Shown here: one piece after another, positions 7,323 through 15,604 of the stretch | Position numbering within the stretch: the stretch's first letter is position 1 | Layout of the letters: every line of letters starts with the position of its first letter | From: Pseudobacteriovorax sp. | Lineage (GTDB): Bacteria > Bdellovibrionota_B > Oligoflexia > Oligoflexales > Oligoflexaceae | Reading direction: 5' to 3' | NCBI GenBank assembly: GCA_050293845.1 | Contig: JBNKNM010000026.1 | Coordinates: 1-41,789, forward strand | Length of the DNA: 41,789 nt | Notes under the pieces: model-generated | What the model was told of the DNA's origin: nothing | Seen by the model: only the letters and a program-made list of their open reading frames with translations | Databases searched by the model: none | Program-made: the position numbers and the translations under genes

Positions 7323-7904
7323 ATGGGTATAGCGCGAGAAATTATAAAGAAAGTACCTCTTGATTATGCTTCAAGAGCAATGACAAACATATACGATCTT
7401 ATAGAAAGCAGTGAAGATCTTGAAGAGTATCTTATAGCGGAATTTAGGTCAGCAAGCTTAGATCTAGCAGAAGCTGTTGATCGCCGCATCGCAGTCATGA
7501 AACGATTCAAATCTGAAATCGGTCACCTCACGGAGTTAAAGACAGAGATAGAAGGTTACTTGGCAACAGTTAAGAAAGCGGATGTACGTCTTAAAGAACA
7601 CACTATGTTTATAATGACTGCAAACGAACAGCTAACATATAAAGGAAATCTAGGTAGACTAGCACTACAAAATTCACCGGTTAGAGTCGAATTTACATTT
7701 CCTGTTGAAACCAAGACAATATCAAACTGCATTAGCGATGCAGTATTGCTGGAATTAGATGTCCCGGAAAAATATATAACAAAGCATGTTCATTATTCTA
7801 TTAATCGTGAAGCCGTAAAAACTTATCTAAACCAAAGCCCGAAGGTGAGTTTACCTTGGGCACGACTAATGCAAGGGCAACATATTCGAATTAGGAGAGT
7901 TTAA
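7323..7904 (+). CDS. Siphovirus Gp157-family protein
   Basis: N-terminal coiled coil (LAEAVDRRIAVMKRFKSEI..RLKEHT), LQNSPVRVE, VPEKY..INREAVKTYL and terminal ARLMQGQHIRIR match the family pattern. Confidence 0.75.
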   Translation: MGIAREIIKKVPLDYASRAMTNIYDLIESSEDLEEYLIAEFRSASLDLAEAVDRRIAVMKRFKSEIGHLTELKTEIEGYLATVKKADVRLKEHTMFIMTANEQLTYKGNLGRLALQNSPVRVEFTFPVETKTISNCISDAVLLELDVPEKYITKHVHYSINREAVKTYLNQSPKVSLPWARLMQGQHIRIRRV

Positions 7905-7906
7905 TC

Positions 7907-8020
7907 ATGATTCGCAAAACAAAAATTCCAAATCAAATACAAATTTCCAATAATAAAGATACTCCTTACTCGAACGAGTGTGATGGGTTACTTGTTGTTG
8001 GTGAAAAACGAAGACCTTAA
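7907..8020 (+). CDS. Small hypothetical ORF (37 aa) or 5' fragment of a pseudogene
   Basis: AGGAG RBS; ATG 2 nt after the Gp157 stop; reads MIRKTKIPNQIQISNNKDTPYSNECDGLLVVGEKRRP*. Confidence 0.35.
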   Translation: MIRKTKIPNQIQISNNKDTPYSNECDGLLVVGEKRRP

Positions 8021-8126
8021 ATTTAAAGAGATATAAATCTAGTGGATCTTGATCAGAATCGAGCCTTTCATCAAATTACGCAAGGCTCTCGTTTCTGGAG
8101 TGAATCAAAAAGGCATGGGATTATTT

Positions 8127-8345
8127 ATGACTAAGTCTTATTTAACGGTTAAAGAGGTTGCCCAGATGCTCAATAGAAGTGTCGGAACAGTTCGAAACTG
8201 GTGCAGCCAGGGTAAAATTCCATATAAAAAAGTGTTGGGTAAAAATATGTTTGAAAAATCTGTCCTAGAAAAGTGGCTAGAATCTCAAGATCTCAGTAGC
8301 GATGGCGATGAATCTGGTGACAAAACCCTGGATACTTTGGAATAA
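8127..8345 (+). CDS. Excisionase-like HTH_17/MerR-type DNA-binding protein 1
   Basis: YLTVKEVAQMLNRSVGTVRNWCSQGKIPYKKV..FEKSVLEKWL; start reassigned to ATG 8127 (MTKSYLT). Confidence 0.85.
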   Translation: MTKSYLTVKEVAQMLNRSVGTVRNWCSQGKIPYKKVLGKNMFEKSVLEKWLESQDLSSDGDESGDKTLDTLE

Positions 8346-8445
8346 CTGTTTGGCAAAATGCCATGGACCATGATTTCACTGGGTTGTGACGCCATAATGC
8401 CATTGATATTGAATTTCTAAAATGATACTTTGTGGGGTTTTATAT

Positions 8446-8676
8446 ATGGGTACTGACAGTAAAGACAGTAGTACTGACGCGTTCTTTGACAACTATATAT
8501 CTGTTGAACAATTTGCTGAGTTGGTGGGTAGAAAGCCGCGGACAATTAGAAACTGGTGCAATCAACGAAAGATTCCTTTTATTAAGGCTGGAAGTAGCAT
8601 TAGATTTCAAAAGTCCTCGGTAGATGCATGGCTTGCCTCACAGGAGGTAAAAAATGTTAGACGTCGAAAGCACTAA
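8446..8676 (+). CDS. Excisionase-like HTH_17/MerR-type DNA-binding protein 2
   Basis: YISVEQFAELVGRKPRTIRNWCNQRKIPFIKAGSSIRFQKSSVDAWL; immediately upstream of the integrase; start at 8446 or 8422. Confidence 0.85.
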   Translation: MGTDSKDSSTDAFFDNYISVEQFAELVGRKPRTIRNWCNQRKIPFIKAGSSIRFQKSSVDAWLASQEVKNVRRRKH

Positions 8677-8700
8677 ATCTAGCAGTGGGAGCATAGTATT

Positions 8701-9891
8701 ATGAGTATCACTGTTAGAAAAAGAAAACGAGCAGGCAAAACCTATACCTTTTATCAAGCTGAAGTAGTTATCGAAGGCAAAAGAAAAACAAAATCTTTTT
8801 CCAATCGAGCTGAAGCTGAAGAGTGGGAATGCCAACACAAGAACTTTGGAACTTTTAACTTTCTGTCTCCAGTTCTGAAGGAAGACTATTTGCTAGAAGA
8901 CCTTGTAAGGGAGTATCGGCAAAGAGAGGAACCTGTGAAGCGTCTTTCTTCGGTGGAAGCCGATGATTGTAGGTGGACCTATTTTCTCGATTCTCCTTTA
9001 GCCCAATGCCCGGTATTAAAGATTAACGACATGGCAATAGATTATTGGTTTGAATGGTTACACGCCCATCCTACTGTAAAAGGATACAGGCGAATTACTT
9101 TCGAATACGAACTAGCGATGTTTAAAACCCTACTTAACTGGTATCGAAATAACAAGGACTATGCTTATAGGATTCCTTTTGTTGAAAGGCATAAGAAAAG
9201 AACAAGAATTCCTGGCAAGGTGAGCTTTAGAGGGAAGACAAGCGAGTTTTTTATGACAGCGGGACAAGTCCTAGATTGGTTCGAGGCTTTGGCTAAAATA
9301 AAAAATCCTGTTTATCTTAATTTAGCTCACTTGATGGTTGGTACAGGTTTTAGGATAGGGGAAGCTTGCGGGCTTCGTTGGAAAGATAATATAGACTTTG
9401 AAAAAAAGACTATAGTAATAGACCGAAGCCTATCTTGGCACAAGAAAACAAAACGGCCTTATCTGCAAGATCTGGGTGTTGCAAAAAACCAGCAATCGCT
9501 AAGGACAATTGCCATGCCCGATGGACTGAGACCAATGCTTTTAGAAATGAAAGTAAAAAGCAAGAATAGGTATTTTGTTTTTGAAAGGGATAGTGGGGAA
9601 GCACTTCACTACTCGACGCTGCACAAAGCTTTTACGGGAGCATTTGAGAAAGCGAAGATTGAATTTTCTGGCACTCACATTTGCCGTCACACCTTTGCAA
9701 CGCTAGCTTTAAAGGTTACTGGTAATATCGCTCTTGTGCAAAACATCTTAGGGCATACCAGTGATAAACAAGCAAGGCACTATGCAAAGATCTCTGTGTT
9801 AAATGGCAACGACACACCAAGCCAAGTCTACAATCTTCTCCAAAAAGCGAACCATATAGGCGAGCAAAAAGAAACCCCCGTAAGCTTCTAA
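8701..9891 (+). CDS. Tyrosine recombinase / phage integrase
   Basis: Complete catalytic set: R (TGFRIGE), K (AKNQQS), HxxR (HICRH), H (LGH), Y (HYAK); basic N-terminal arm-binding-like segment. Confidence 0.95.
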   Translation: MSITVRKRKRAGKTYTFYQAEVVIEGKRKTKSFSNRAEAEEWECQHKNFGTFNFLSPVLKEDYLLEDLVREYRQREEPVKRLSSVEADDCRWTYFLDSPLAQCPVLKINDMAIDYWFEWLHAHPTVKGYRRITFEYELAMFKTLLNWYRNNKDYAYRIPFVERHKKRTRIPGKVSFRGKTSEFFMTAGQVLDWFEALAKIKNPVYLNLAHLMVGTGFRIGEACGLRWKDNIDFEKKTIVIDRSLSWHKKTKRPYLQDLGVAKNQQSLRTIAMPDGLRPMLLEMKVKSKNRYFVFERDSGEALHYSTLHKAFTGAFEKAKIEFSGTHICRHTFATLALKVTGNIALVQNILGHTSDKQARHYAKISVLNGNDTPSQVYNLLQKANHIGEQKETPVSF

Positions 9892-9910
9892 CAACTTACG
9901 GAGGCTTTCT
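9864..9910 (-). terminator. Intrinsic terminator for the leftward tRNA-Ala transcript, overlapping the integrase stop codon
   Basis: Minus-strand RNA CCUCCGUAAG / CUUACGGGGG forms a 10-bp stem (one G-U) followed by UUUCUUUUU. Confidence 0.7.
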
Positions 9911-9961
9911 GCTTCACGGATTTTCTCGGTGTCTTTGTTTCCTCTAATTTCTACGGTCTAG

Positions 9962-10044
9962 CAAACTCTTGAAATTATTGGCTTTTTAGATCCCGTACAA
10001 AATTCCGTACAGTTCATTTTTTTTCTCTATCACTTCAAGGACTT
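9962..10044. promoter_or_regulatory. Putative att arm: tandem integrase arm-type repeats and IHF-like sites
   Basis: CCGTACA direct repeat at 9993-9999 and 10005-10011. CAAACTCTTGAAA (9962-9974) has one mismatch to the IHF consensus YAANNNNTTGATW, and a weaker TTCAAGGACTTA lies near 10034-10045. Confidence 0.5.
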
Positions 10045-10054
10045 AAGCCTTATT

Positions 10055-10130
10055 TGGTGGAGGTAAGCGGAGTCGAACCGCTGACAACTGCGCTGCCAGC
10101 GCAGTGCTCTACCAACTGAGCTATACCCCC
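10055..10130 (-). tRNA. tRNA-Ala (anticodon GGC)
   Basis: Reverse complement GGGGGTATAGCTCAGTTGGTAGAGCACTGCGCTGGCAGCGCAGTTGTCAGCGGTTCGACTCCGCTTACCTCCACCA: 76 nt, full cloverleaf, G3:U70 Ala determinant, encoded CCA. Confidence 0.98.
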
Positions 10131-10142
10131 GTAGAGAGGGAC

Positions 10143-10173
10143 TTATATATCCTTAACAGGTGGGGCTTGTCAA
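10143..10173 (-). promoter_or_regulatory. Putative sigma70 promoter of tRNA-Ala
   Basis: Perfect TTGACA (10173-10168) followed ~18-20 nt later by TATATAAG; the exact -10 register is ambiguous. Confidence 0.5.
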
Positions 10174-10479
10174 TCCCAGAGTTATAGATTTAAGGTTATA
10201 AAAAAAATACCTCCCTTTCTAATATATGAGCTACATCCCTCCACTGATCGCCTTGCAGCGATCAAATCGGGTACGGACGGGTGTTTCGTGTTTCAGCAAA
10301 GAGAAACCTGTCCATACCCAGGCCATGTCATTACCCGAAACTTTTAGGCAGCTTTGACCGCTCCATCACCATAAATTCGCTCGAACCAGCCAAGCTTTCA
10401 GGTATGGGGCTGGAGCACTTGCCAGCAATCTGGTAGATTTTCCTTGGTCTTTCCGTGAAAAATAACAGAGAGTTGTGAA

Positions 10480-11931
10480 TTGGACAGCTTTAGGCAGCAT
10501 TTTTGGAACTATCTTACATTTGGCATTGCTGCGGCACTCCCCTTCATCGGCATCATAACGGCATGCCATGCCATCACTAATAAACGAGACCCTAGATCGG
10601 CGGTGGGATGGGCAGGACTCATTTTATTCTCACCCGGCATTGGCGTTCTTACCTATTGGGTTTTTGGCGTCAATCGTGTGCGAAAAAGAGCACGGCGGAA
10701 GTTTGAAAGCCTTCGGGCTCTACAAGGCTTAAGTATAACGGAAGCTAAAATCACATCACCCCCTTTCACCCCTCAGCTGGTTCAGCTTTCTCAGTTGACC
10801 CGAACAACAGTCGCTCAACCATTATGCTATGGCAACCACATTGACGTTTTGCAAAATGGAGATGAGGCTTATCCTGAAATGCTAGCTGCGATAGCAAATG
10901 CTAAAGAGTACATTTTAATTGCCAGTTATATATTTGCCAGGGATGAAGTGGGCACACAGTTTGTAAAGGCATTAGCATCAGCAACAAAGCGCCAAGTAAA
11001 AGTCAGACTTTTAATCGATGATATAGGGGCTCGCTATTCTTTTCCTGCCATTTTTCATCTAGTAAAGCAGCATCATGATATTCTATGGGCGAAGTTTAAT
11101 CGAAGCTTTTGGCCTTGGAATTTTCATTTCGCTCAATTGCGTAATCATCGTAAGGTTTGTGTTGTCGATGGTAAGCTGGCTTTTATTGGTGGCATGAATA
11201 TCAGCCAACAAAACCTATTACAATCAAACACCCTAAAGCAGGGCGTTCAAGATCTACACTTTAAGATACAAGGACCTACGATTACTGATATACAGTCCGT
11301 CTTTGCTAAGGACTGGTATCACTCAACGCGTGAAAATATACTGGATTTTTTAAAACCCTATGAGAAGGTAGATACGTATAACTCTGTTGCAGTCAGGGTC
11401 ATTCCTGATGGTCCTGATGAGGATTTAGATAAGCTGCGCTGGACTATTTTAGGAGCCATATCCGTAGCACAGAAATCGATTATGATCGTGACACCCTATT
11501 TCATTCCTGACGATAGTATGATCTCGGTACTAAGTATCGCGGCATCAAAAGGAATTGCTGTCGAAATCATCTTGCCAGAAAAAAACAATCACCCTTTCGT
11601 TCACTGGGCGAGCATACCGTCTCTAAGGCAACTTATGGAGAAAGGATGCCGGATATATTACAGTCCTCTGCCATTTGATCATTCAAAATTGATCGTCGTC
11701 GATAAGCTTTGGGTACTTCTAGGTTCAGCAAACCTTGACCCCAGAAGCTTGCGCTTAAACTTTGAGTTGAATATAGAATGCTACAGTCCCCAGTTTGCTC
11801 ACACTATGGCAACAATTTTTTTAAAAAAGCTACAGGAATCTCGTCGCATTGAAATAAAAGATGTTACGCAACTATCCTACATAAAAAGACTGCGTAACGG
11901 TTTTGCCAGGTTGTTTAGCCCTTACTTGTAA
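10480..11931 (+). CDS. cls: Cardiolipin synthase (PLD family)
   Basis: Two HxKxxxxD motifs (HRKVCVVD, HSKLIVVD), N-terminal TM/PLDc_N region, GSANLDPRSLRLNFE; TTG start. Confidence 0.93.
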   Translation: MDSFRQHFWNYLTFGIAAALPFIGIITACHAITNKRDPRSAVGWAGLILFSPGIGVLTYWVFGVNRVRKRARRKFESLRALQGLSITEAKITSPPFTPQLVQLSQLTRTTVAQPLCYGNHIDVLQNGDEAYPEMLAAIANAKEYILIASYIFARDEVGTQFVKALASATKRQVKVRLLIDDIGARYSFPAIFHLVKQHHDILWAKFNRSFWPWNFHFAQLRNHRKVCVVDGKLAFIGGMNISQQNLLQSNTLKQGVQDLHFKIQGPTITDIQSVFAKDWYHSTRENILDFLKPYEKVDTYNSVAVRVIPDGPDEDLDKLRWTILGAISVAQKSIMIVTPYFIPDDSMISVLSIAASKGIAVEIILPEKNNHPFVHWASIPSLRQLMEKGCRIYYSPLPFDHSKLIVVDKLWVLLGSANLDPRSLRLNFELNIECYSPQFAHTMATIFLKKLQESRRIEIKDVTQLSYIKRLRNGFARLFSPYL

Positions 11932-11953
11932 GGTAATAATGTACTAAGGGTTT

Positions 11954-11986
11954 AGCCAGGAACAAATAAGATTCTAGAACCTGGCT
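11954..11986. terminator. Possible hairpin between convergent cls and hydrolase genes
   Basis: AGCCAGG ... CCTGGCT 7-bp arms, but a long (19-nt) loop and no clear U-tract. Confidence 0.25.
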
Positions 11987-12049
11987 TGCAAAGTAAAGAC
12001 TACAAATTGAGTATGACACCGCTGCAGCCTAACAAGCCACGTTAAGACT

Positions 12050-13621
12050 TTAATCGACTTCAGGTAGGGTAAGCCTTAAAGGCATTTCTTCATTATTCCA
12101 TAATTTTAAGGAAAAAGAATCATCGGTAGGCCGTCCATAGAGAGGGTCATAAGTATCAATAACCACAGCAATACGATCTCTATGTGGCACATCAAAAGCA
12201 AAGGCGGTTCCTTCAATTCTCACTTTCATAGCCTCCCCTGCCATGACATCCCTTAGCGTTAAAATTCCATGGGTCATAAAAGTACCAAAACCCCTTTGAT
12301 CAACACTATAGAAATAGGCTACCATTTGGATATTGGGATCATTGGCTTCTACCCAAACATCAAGGCTAGGGATACCGCGAAGTTTTTTAGATGACCGCAA
12401 GGGGTCTGTATAATAAATGGCACCATATTTTTTGTTTATAAGAGGCAGCCATTTTTTAACTTTAATATTGGTATAAGAATCCAGGACTGAACTAATAAAG
12501 GGAATTCCTGTTGAAGCTCCCGAATCTTTGAATGAGTGTATAGTCGTATATTTTGTTCTACTTTTGAGAGTTAAAGCAACTTCGTCCTCATTCAGAGGCT
12601 GCATAGGAATTTCGTCAAAAGCTAACCGTTCTCTTTCATAATTGAAGACAACAGGCAATTCATTAATATTTTCTTTTTTATTCATCAGCCAACGATCAAA
12701 CCAATTGTGAACATCTATCCAAACCCCCTTCGTTAAACCGAATAAACCTGATATTTCTGCTGTTATATGAATTCCAGGATTCATTATCAATTTTTTAGGT
12801 GTGGTAAGCTGATTATAAAAATCTAGATGCTGGTTAGGGGGAAATAAATTATCTTTATAAGAATTTGCCAATAACACGGGAGCATTTCGTCGATTGATTT
12901 CTTCTACAAAACTTACAGCACTTCTTTCCATAGCCCAGTCTATAGTTTCTTCTAAATTATTATACTCCGTTAGGTTTTCATACATTTGATGAATGGCAGG
13001 ATCAAGATTTCCCGTTAACTCTCCTGAAGCTACCAAAAGATCTGTCCAAACTTTCTTGACAGTGTTTCCCGCAAAAAGTGACTTCATCAGATCGCTCCAC
13101 CCGCTCATGGCTGCGACCGTGGCAATTCTGCTATCCTTTGCTAGAGCTATGAGGCTTATACCTGCACCATAGGACACCCCAGCCATACCTATATGCTCAA
13201 TATCAACCGGCTGCGTGTCAATCAGCCAATCGATAATCGCTGACACATCAGCTATATCGGATGGACTAGCAACACCAACAGCACCGCCCGAACCACCGAA
13301 TCCACGGGTGGCATAGCTAAGAACGATGTATCCTTTCTCGGCAAACTGTTTAGCTTGCAGCAGGTATTCTTGCTCATTAAGAGCCCAGGAGCTAGAAAAT
13401 ATAATGGCTGGCCGCAGACCAGGGAAGTAAGCCGATTTAGGAACAAATAAATCGGCTTTGATGCGAACTCCATCAAAGGACGTTATATTGATGTTTAAGT
13501 CGGTAGTGTACTTGGTCCACCAGCTATCTAAGTTGGAATGGTCTTGGTACGAAGCATTATTGCAATTGGTCAAACATAAGCTGAAAGATAGGAAAAAAGC
13601 TAAGAAAAGATAGTTTCGCAT
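12050..13621 (-). CDS. CocE/NonD-family (peptidase S15) alpha/beta hydrolase, exported or lipoprotein
   Basis: ITSFDGVRIKADLFVP, YATRGFGGSGG, nucleophile GVSYGAG, C-terminal PepX_C-like beta domain; signal with Cys (LCLTNC). Confidence 0.88.
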   Translation of the reverse strand: MRNYLFLAFFLSFSLCLTNCNNASYQDHSNLDSWWTKYTTDLNINITSFDGVRIKADLFVPKSAYFPGLRPAIIFSSSWALNEQEYLLQAKQFAEKGYIVLSYATRGFGGSGGAVGVASPSDIADVSAIIDWLIDTQPVDIEHIGMAGVSYGAGISLIALAKDSRIATVAAMSGWSDLMKSLFAGNTVKKVWTDLLVASGELTGNLDPAIHQMYENLTEYNNLEETIDWAMERSAVSFVEEINRRNAPVLLANSYKDNLFPPNQHLDFYNQLTTPKKLIMNPGIHITAEISGLFGLTKGVWIDVHNWFDRWLMNKKENINELPVVFNYERERLAFDEIPMQPLNEDEVALTLKSRTKYTTIHSFKDSGASTGIPFISSVLDSYTNIKVKKWLPLINKKYGAIYYTDPLRSSKKLRGIPSLDVWVEANDPNIQMVAYFYSVDQRGFGTFMTHGILTLRDVMAGEAMKVRIEGTAFAFDVPHRDRIAVVIDTYDPLYGRPTDDSFSLKLWNNEEMPLRLTLPEVD

Positions 13622-13854
13622 TATAGACTCCTAAATTTTAATCCCCTATTTGCTGTACAGCAAATCTATTTATTTTATAGTTGAAATTAAGATCAGAGGA
13701 AAGAAATTAGGAGTTGAGCATTTCTATAGTGAAAATTGTTTAAAATTTGTATGTAATTACAAAATCATTGAGTACAGTTGTAAGGTGTTTTTTAGGTCCA
13801 ATTATCTCTTCATGCAGCAAGCAATTGGCTTTCCATAAAATATTTTATTGCCTT

Positions 13855-15249
13855 CTACTTATCTTTTTGCGAAAAGCTGTAGTCCAATACATACTTTTGT
13901 TTGGTTCTAGGATGATGGCGACCTAAAAAGATGTTGAGATCCTTATAAACTTTATTCCACACATGTGTTTCTATTAGCAATTGATGATTTGCTAGAGCAC
14001 CATTAACTTCAAGCACCATAATTTTTTCATTAATATTTAACGCGTTTGCTAATTGTTTAAATCCTATCTTCTTAAATATTTGCACCAGTTCTTTATCAGT
14101 ATTCAAAATAAGATATTTGCTTCTTGACTGAGCAGCAATCCTAATAACTTGTTGGAGCATTGGCACCAGAATATCGGATAAGATAACTTTTTTACTCACA
14201 ATAAGATTGGTCATTATAATATGACTATGGCGCAACACATCATCGCGAAGGGCTTCTTGAAGCCTATGGGGCTTTTCGCTGGACCCTAGGCTATCAAAAA
14301 ATACCAAGTTAAAATAAGCCACACGGTTCGCACCTAATTTACAGCATAGTTCACGAGATATGTTTCTTACCGATCTCACATCAGGAAGCTCGGATTCAGG
14401 CTTAGCAAATACACTAGGTAGAAATTCCTGAGGTGGGTAGGAGCGGAGATAATAATTTGCTTTTTCCAAATAGCAAGCTTTATCAAAGTTATGAAAACGA
14501 AAATTATATTTCCTTAATAAATGAGGGGTTACCTCTTGCTGCATCATAACTAAGTACTCGCAAACAGCATGCTCATACTCTTCACTCACCTCGAGATATT
14601 CTAAATATATGCGAAAACGATCTTTCCATTGAGACTGGTAAAAGTTGTTAGAATTTTTTACCAGTATTTTGAATTCTCCCCTACCGGGAATGTAAGCCGT
14701 AAGATCCATGTTTTGGCCCGGTAATATGCTTTTCCACCTTGAAGAGCAAACTAAATCGATTCCTTTGGCAGTAAACCCATTACATTGAAAAAGAATTATT
14801 TCTTTATAGAAAAATGGATCAGCACAACTAATCTGAGGGCGTATATAAGTTTTACAAGGAATAAGGTCAGTGCCAATAGCGTGAGTGAATTGATTATAAC
14901 CATCGAATACTGCTAGTTCAAACTGCACGCCGATACGCTGCCTCGTTTGTTTTTGAATCTTCATGGTGCTGATATTAGCTACTGTCGCTTTTAAATCCCA
15001 AGGAGGATTCAGTTTTATAAACGACAATTTCAATTCGTCACCCTTACAAAACTGAAATGATGAGTCTTTTTGATTGCTAATAAAAGCCAACCCCTGGGGG
15101 CTTATATCTACAACTTCTGCAGTAAACTCTTTACGATTATGAGTAATAACACAGGTAACCTTTTCGCCAAGATAAAGGGCGCGACGACGTTCTCCTCGAT
15201 TTTCGTTATTTTCTTCGCTTACCCAATCTTGATCAAGTTTTATAGCCAT
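13855..15249 (-). CDS. PilZ-domain protein with a second degenerate PilZ-like region and a possible C-terminal GNAT-like fold
   Basis: RxxxR (RGERRR) plus DISPQG c-di-GMP motifs. The C-terminal MLQQVIRIAAQSRSKYLILNTDKELVQIFKKIGF resembles GNAT motif B. Confidence 0.65.
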   Translation of the reverse strand: MAIKLDQDWVSEENNENRGERRRALYLGEKVTCVITHNRKEFTAEVVDISPQGLAFISNQKDSSFQFCKGDELKLSFIKLNPPWDLKATVANISTMKIQKQTRQRIGVQFELAVFDGYNQFTHAIGTDLIPCKTYIRPQISCADPFFYKEIILFQCNGFTAKGIDLVCSSRWKSILPGQNMDLTAYIPGRGEFKILVKNSNNFYQSQWKDRFRIYLEYLEVSEEYEHAVCEYLVMMQQEVTPHLLRKYNFRFHNFDKACYLEKANYYLRSYPPQEFLPSVFAKPESELPDVRSVRNISRELCCKLGANRVAYFNLVFFDSLGSSEKPHRLQEALRDDVLRHSHIIMTNLIVSKKVILSDILVPMLQQVIRIAAQSRSKYLILNTDKELVQIFKKIGFKQLANALNINEKIMVLEVNGALANHQLLIETHVWNKVYKDLNIFLGRHHPRTKQKYVLDYSFSQKDK

Positions 15250-15530
15250 AACTGTTATCCTTTCAACTCCTCTACCCTTCGGAAATCTAACAAGGTCGCG
15301 TTAAAGCCAAATTTATATCTATCTATAATTAAAGTAAAAACAACTTATTGCCATAGCATTTTGCCAACTGCTTGCTTCCCTCAGCAACACTCTGGAAAGC
15401 TTAACAGTGCAAAATAGTAAGGGGATCAGTTATATTTGCCATAAATGATACCCGCGATCCTAACTATTTTTAACTAATCAAAATAGCGGATCAAAATACT
15501 CTTGCCATCCGTGTATTATAATATAGCTAC

Positions 15531-15558
15531 TTGACAACACAAAGATACGTATTACCTT
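15531..15558 (+). promoter_or_regulatory. Putative sigma70 promoter
   Basis: TTGACA (15531-15536), 16 nt, TACCTT; GAGGAG RBS further downstream before ATG 15605. Confidence 0.45.
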
Positions 15559-15604
15559 GTATATATTATGCATAAGCCACTAATTATGGTTTGCGAGGAG
15601 CTAC

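Larger units (their letters stand above)
1..10130. mobile_element. Right end of an integrated prophage or phage satellite-like element inserted at tRNA-Ala(GGC); left boundary outside the window
   Basis: A tyrosine integrase ends ~160 bp from the 3' end of an oppositely oriented tRNA gene. Upstream are excisionase-like, Gp157, Bet/RecT, helicase and primase genes, and housekeeping genes start right after the tRNA. No structural genes are visible in the window. Confidence 0.88.

Noticed and set aside
10226..10470. Short ORFs and a TGATCGC-N6-GCGATCA palindrome (10245-10264) between the tRNA and cls; possible decayed gene
   Set aside because: No RBS or convincing family motif; a single 7-bp palindrome with no assignable function.
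15552..15562. TTAC-CTT-GTAT resembling a Bdellovibrio-type LexA box (TTAC-N3-GTAA)
   Set aside because: One mismatch in an 8-bp AT-rich motif, in front of a non-repair gene, with no equivalent site upstream of lexA.
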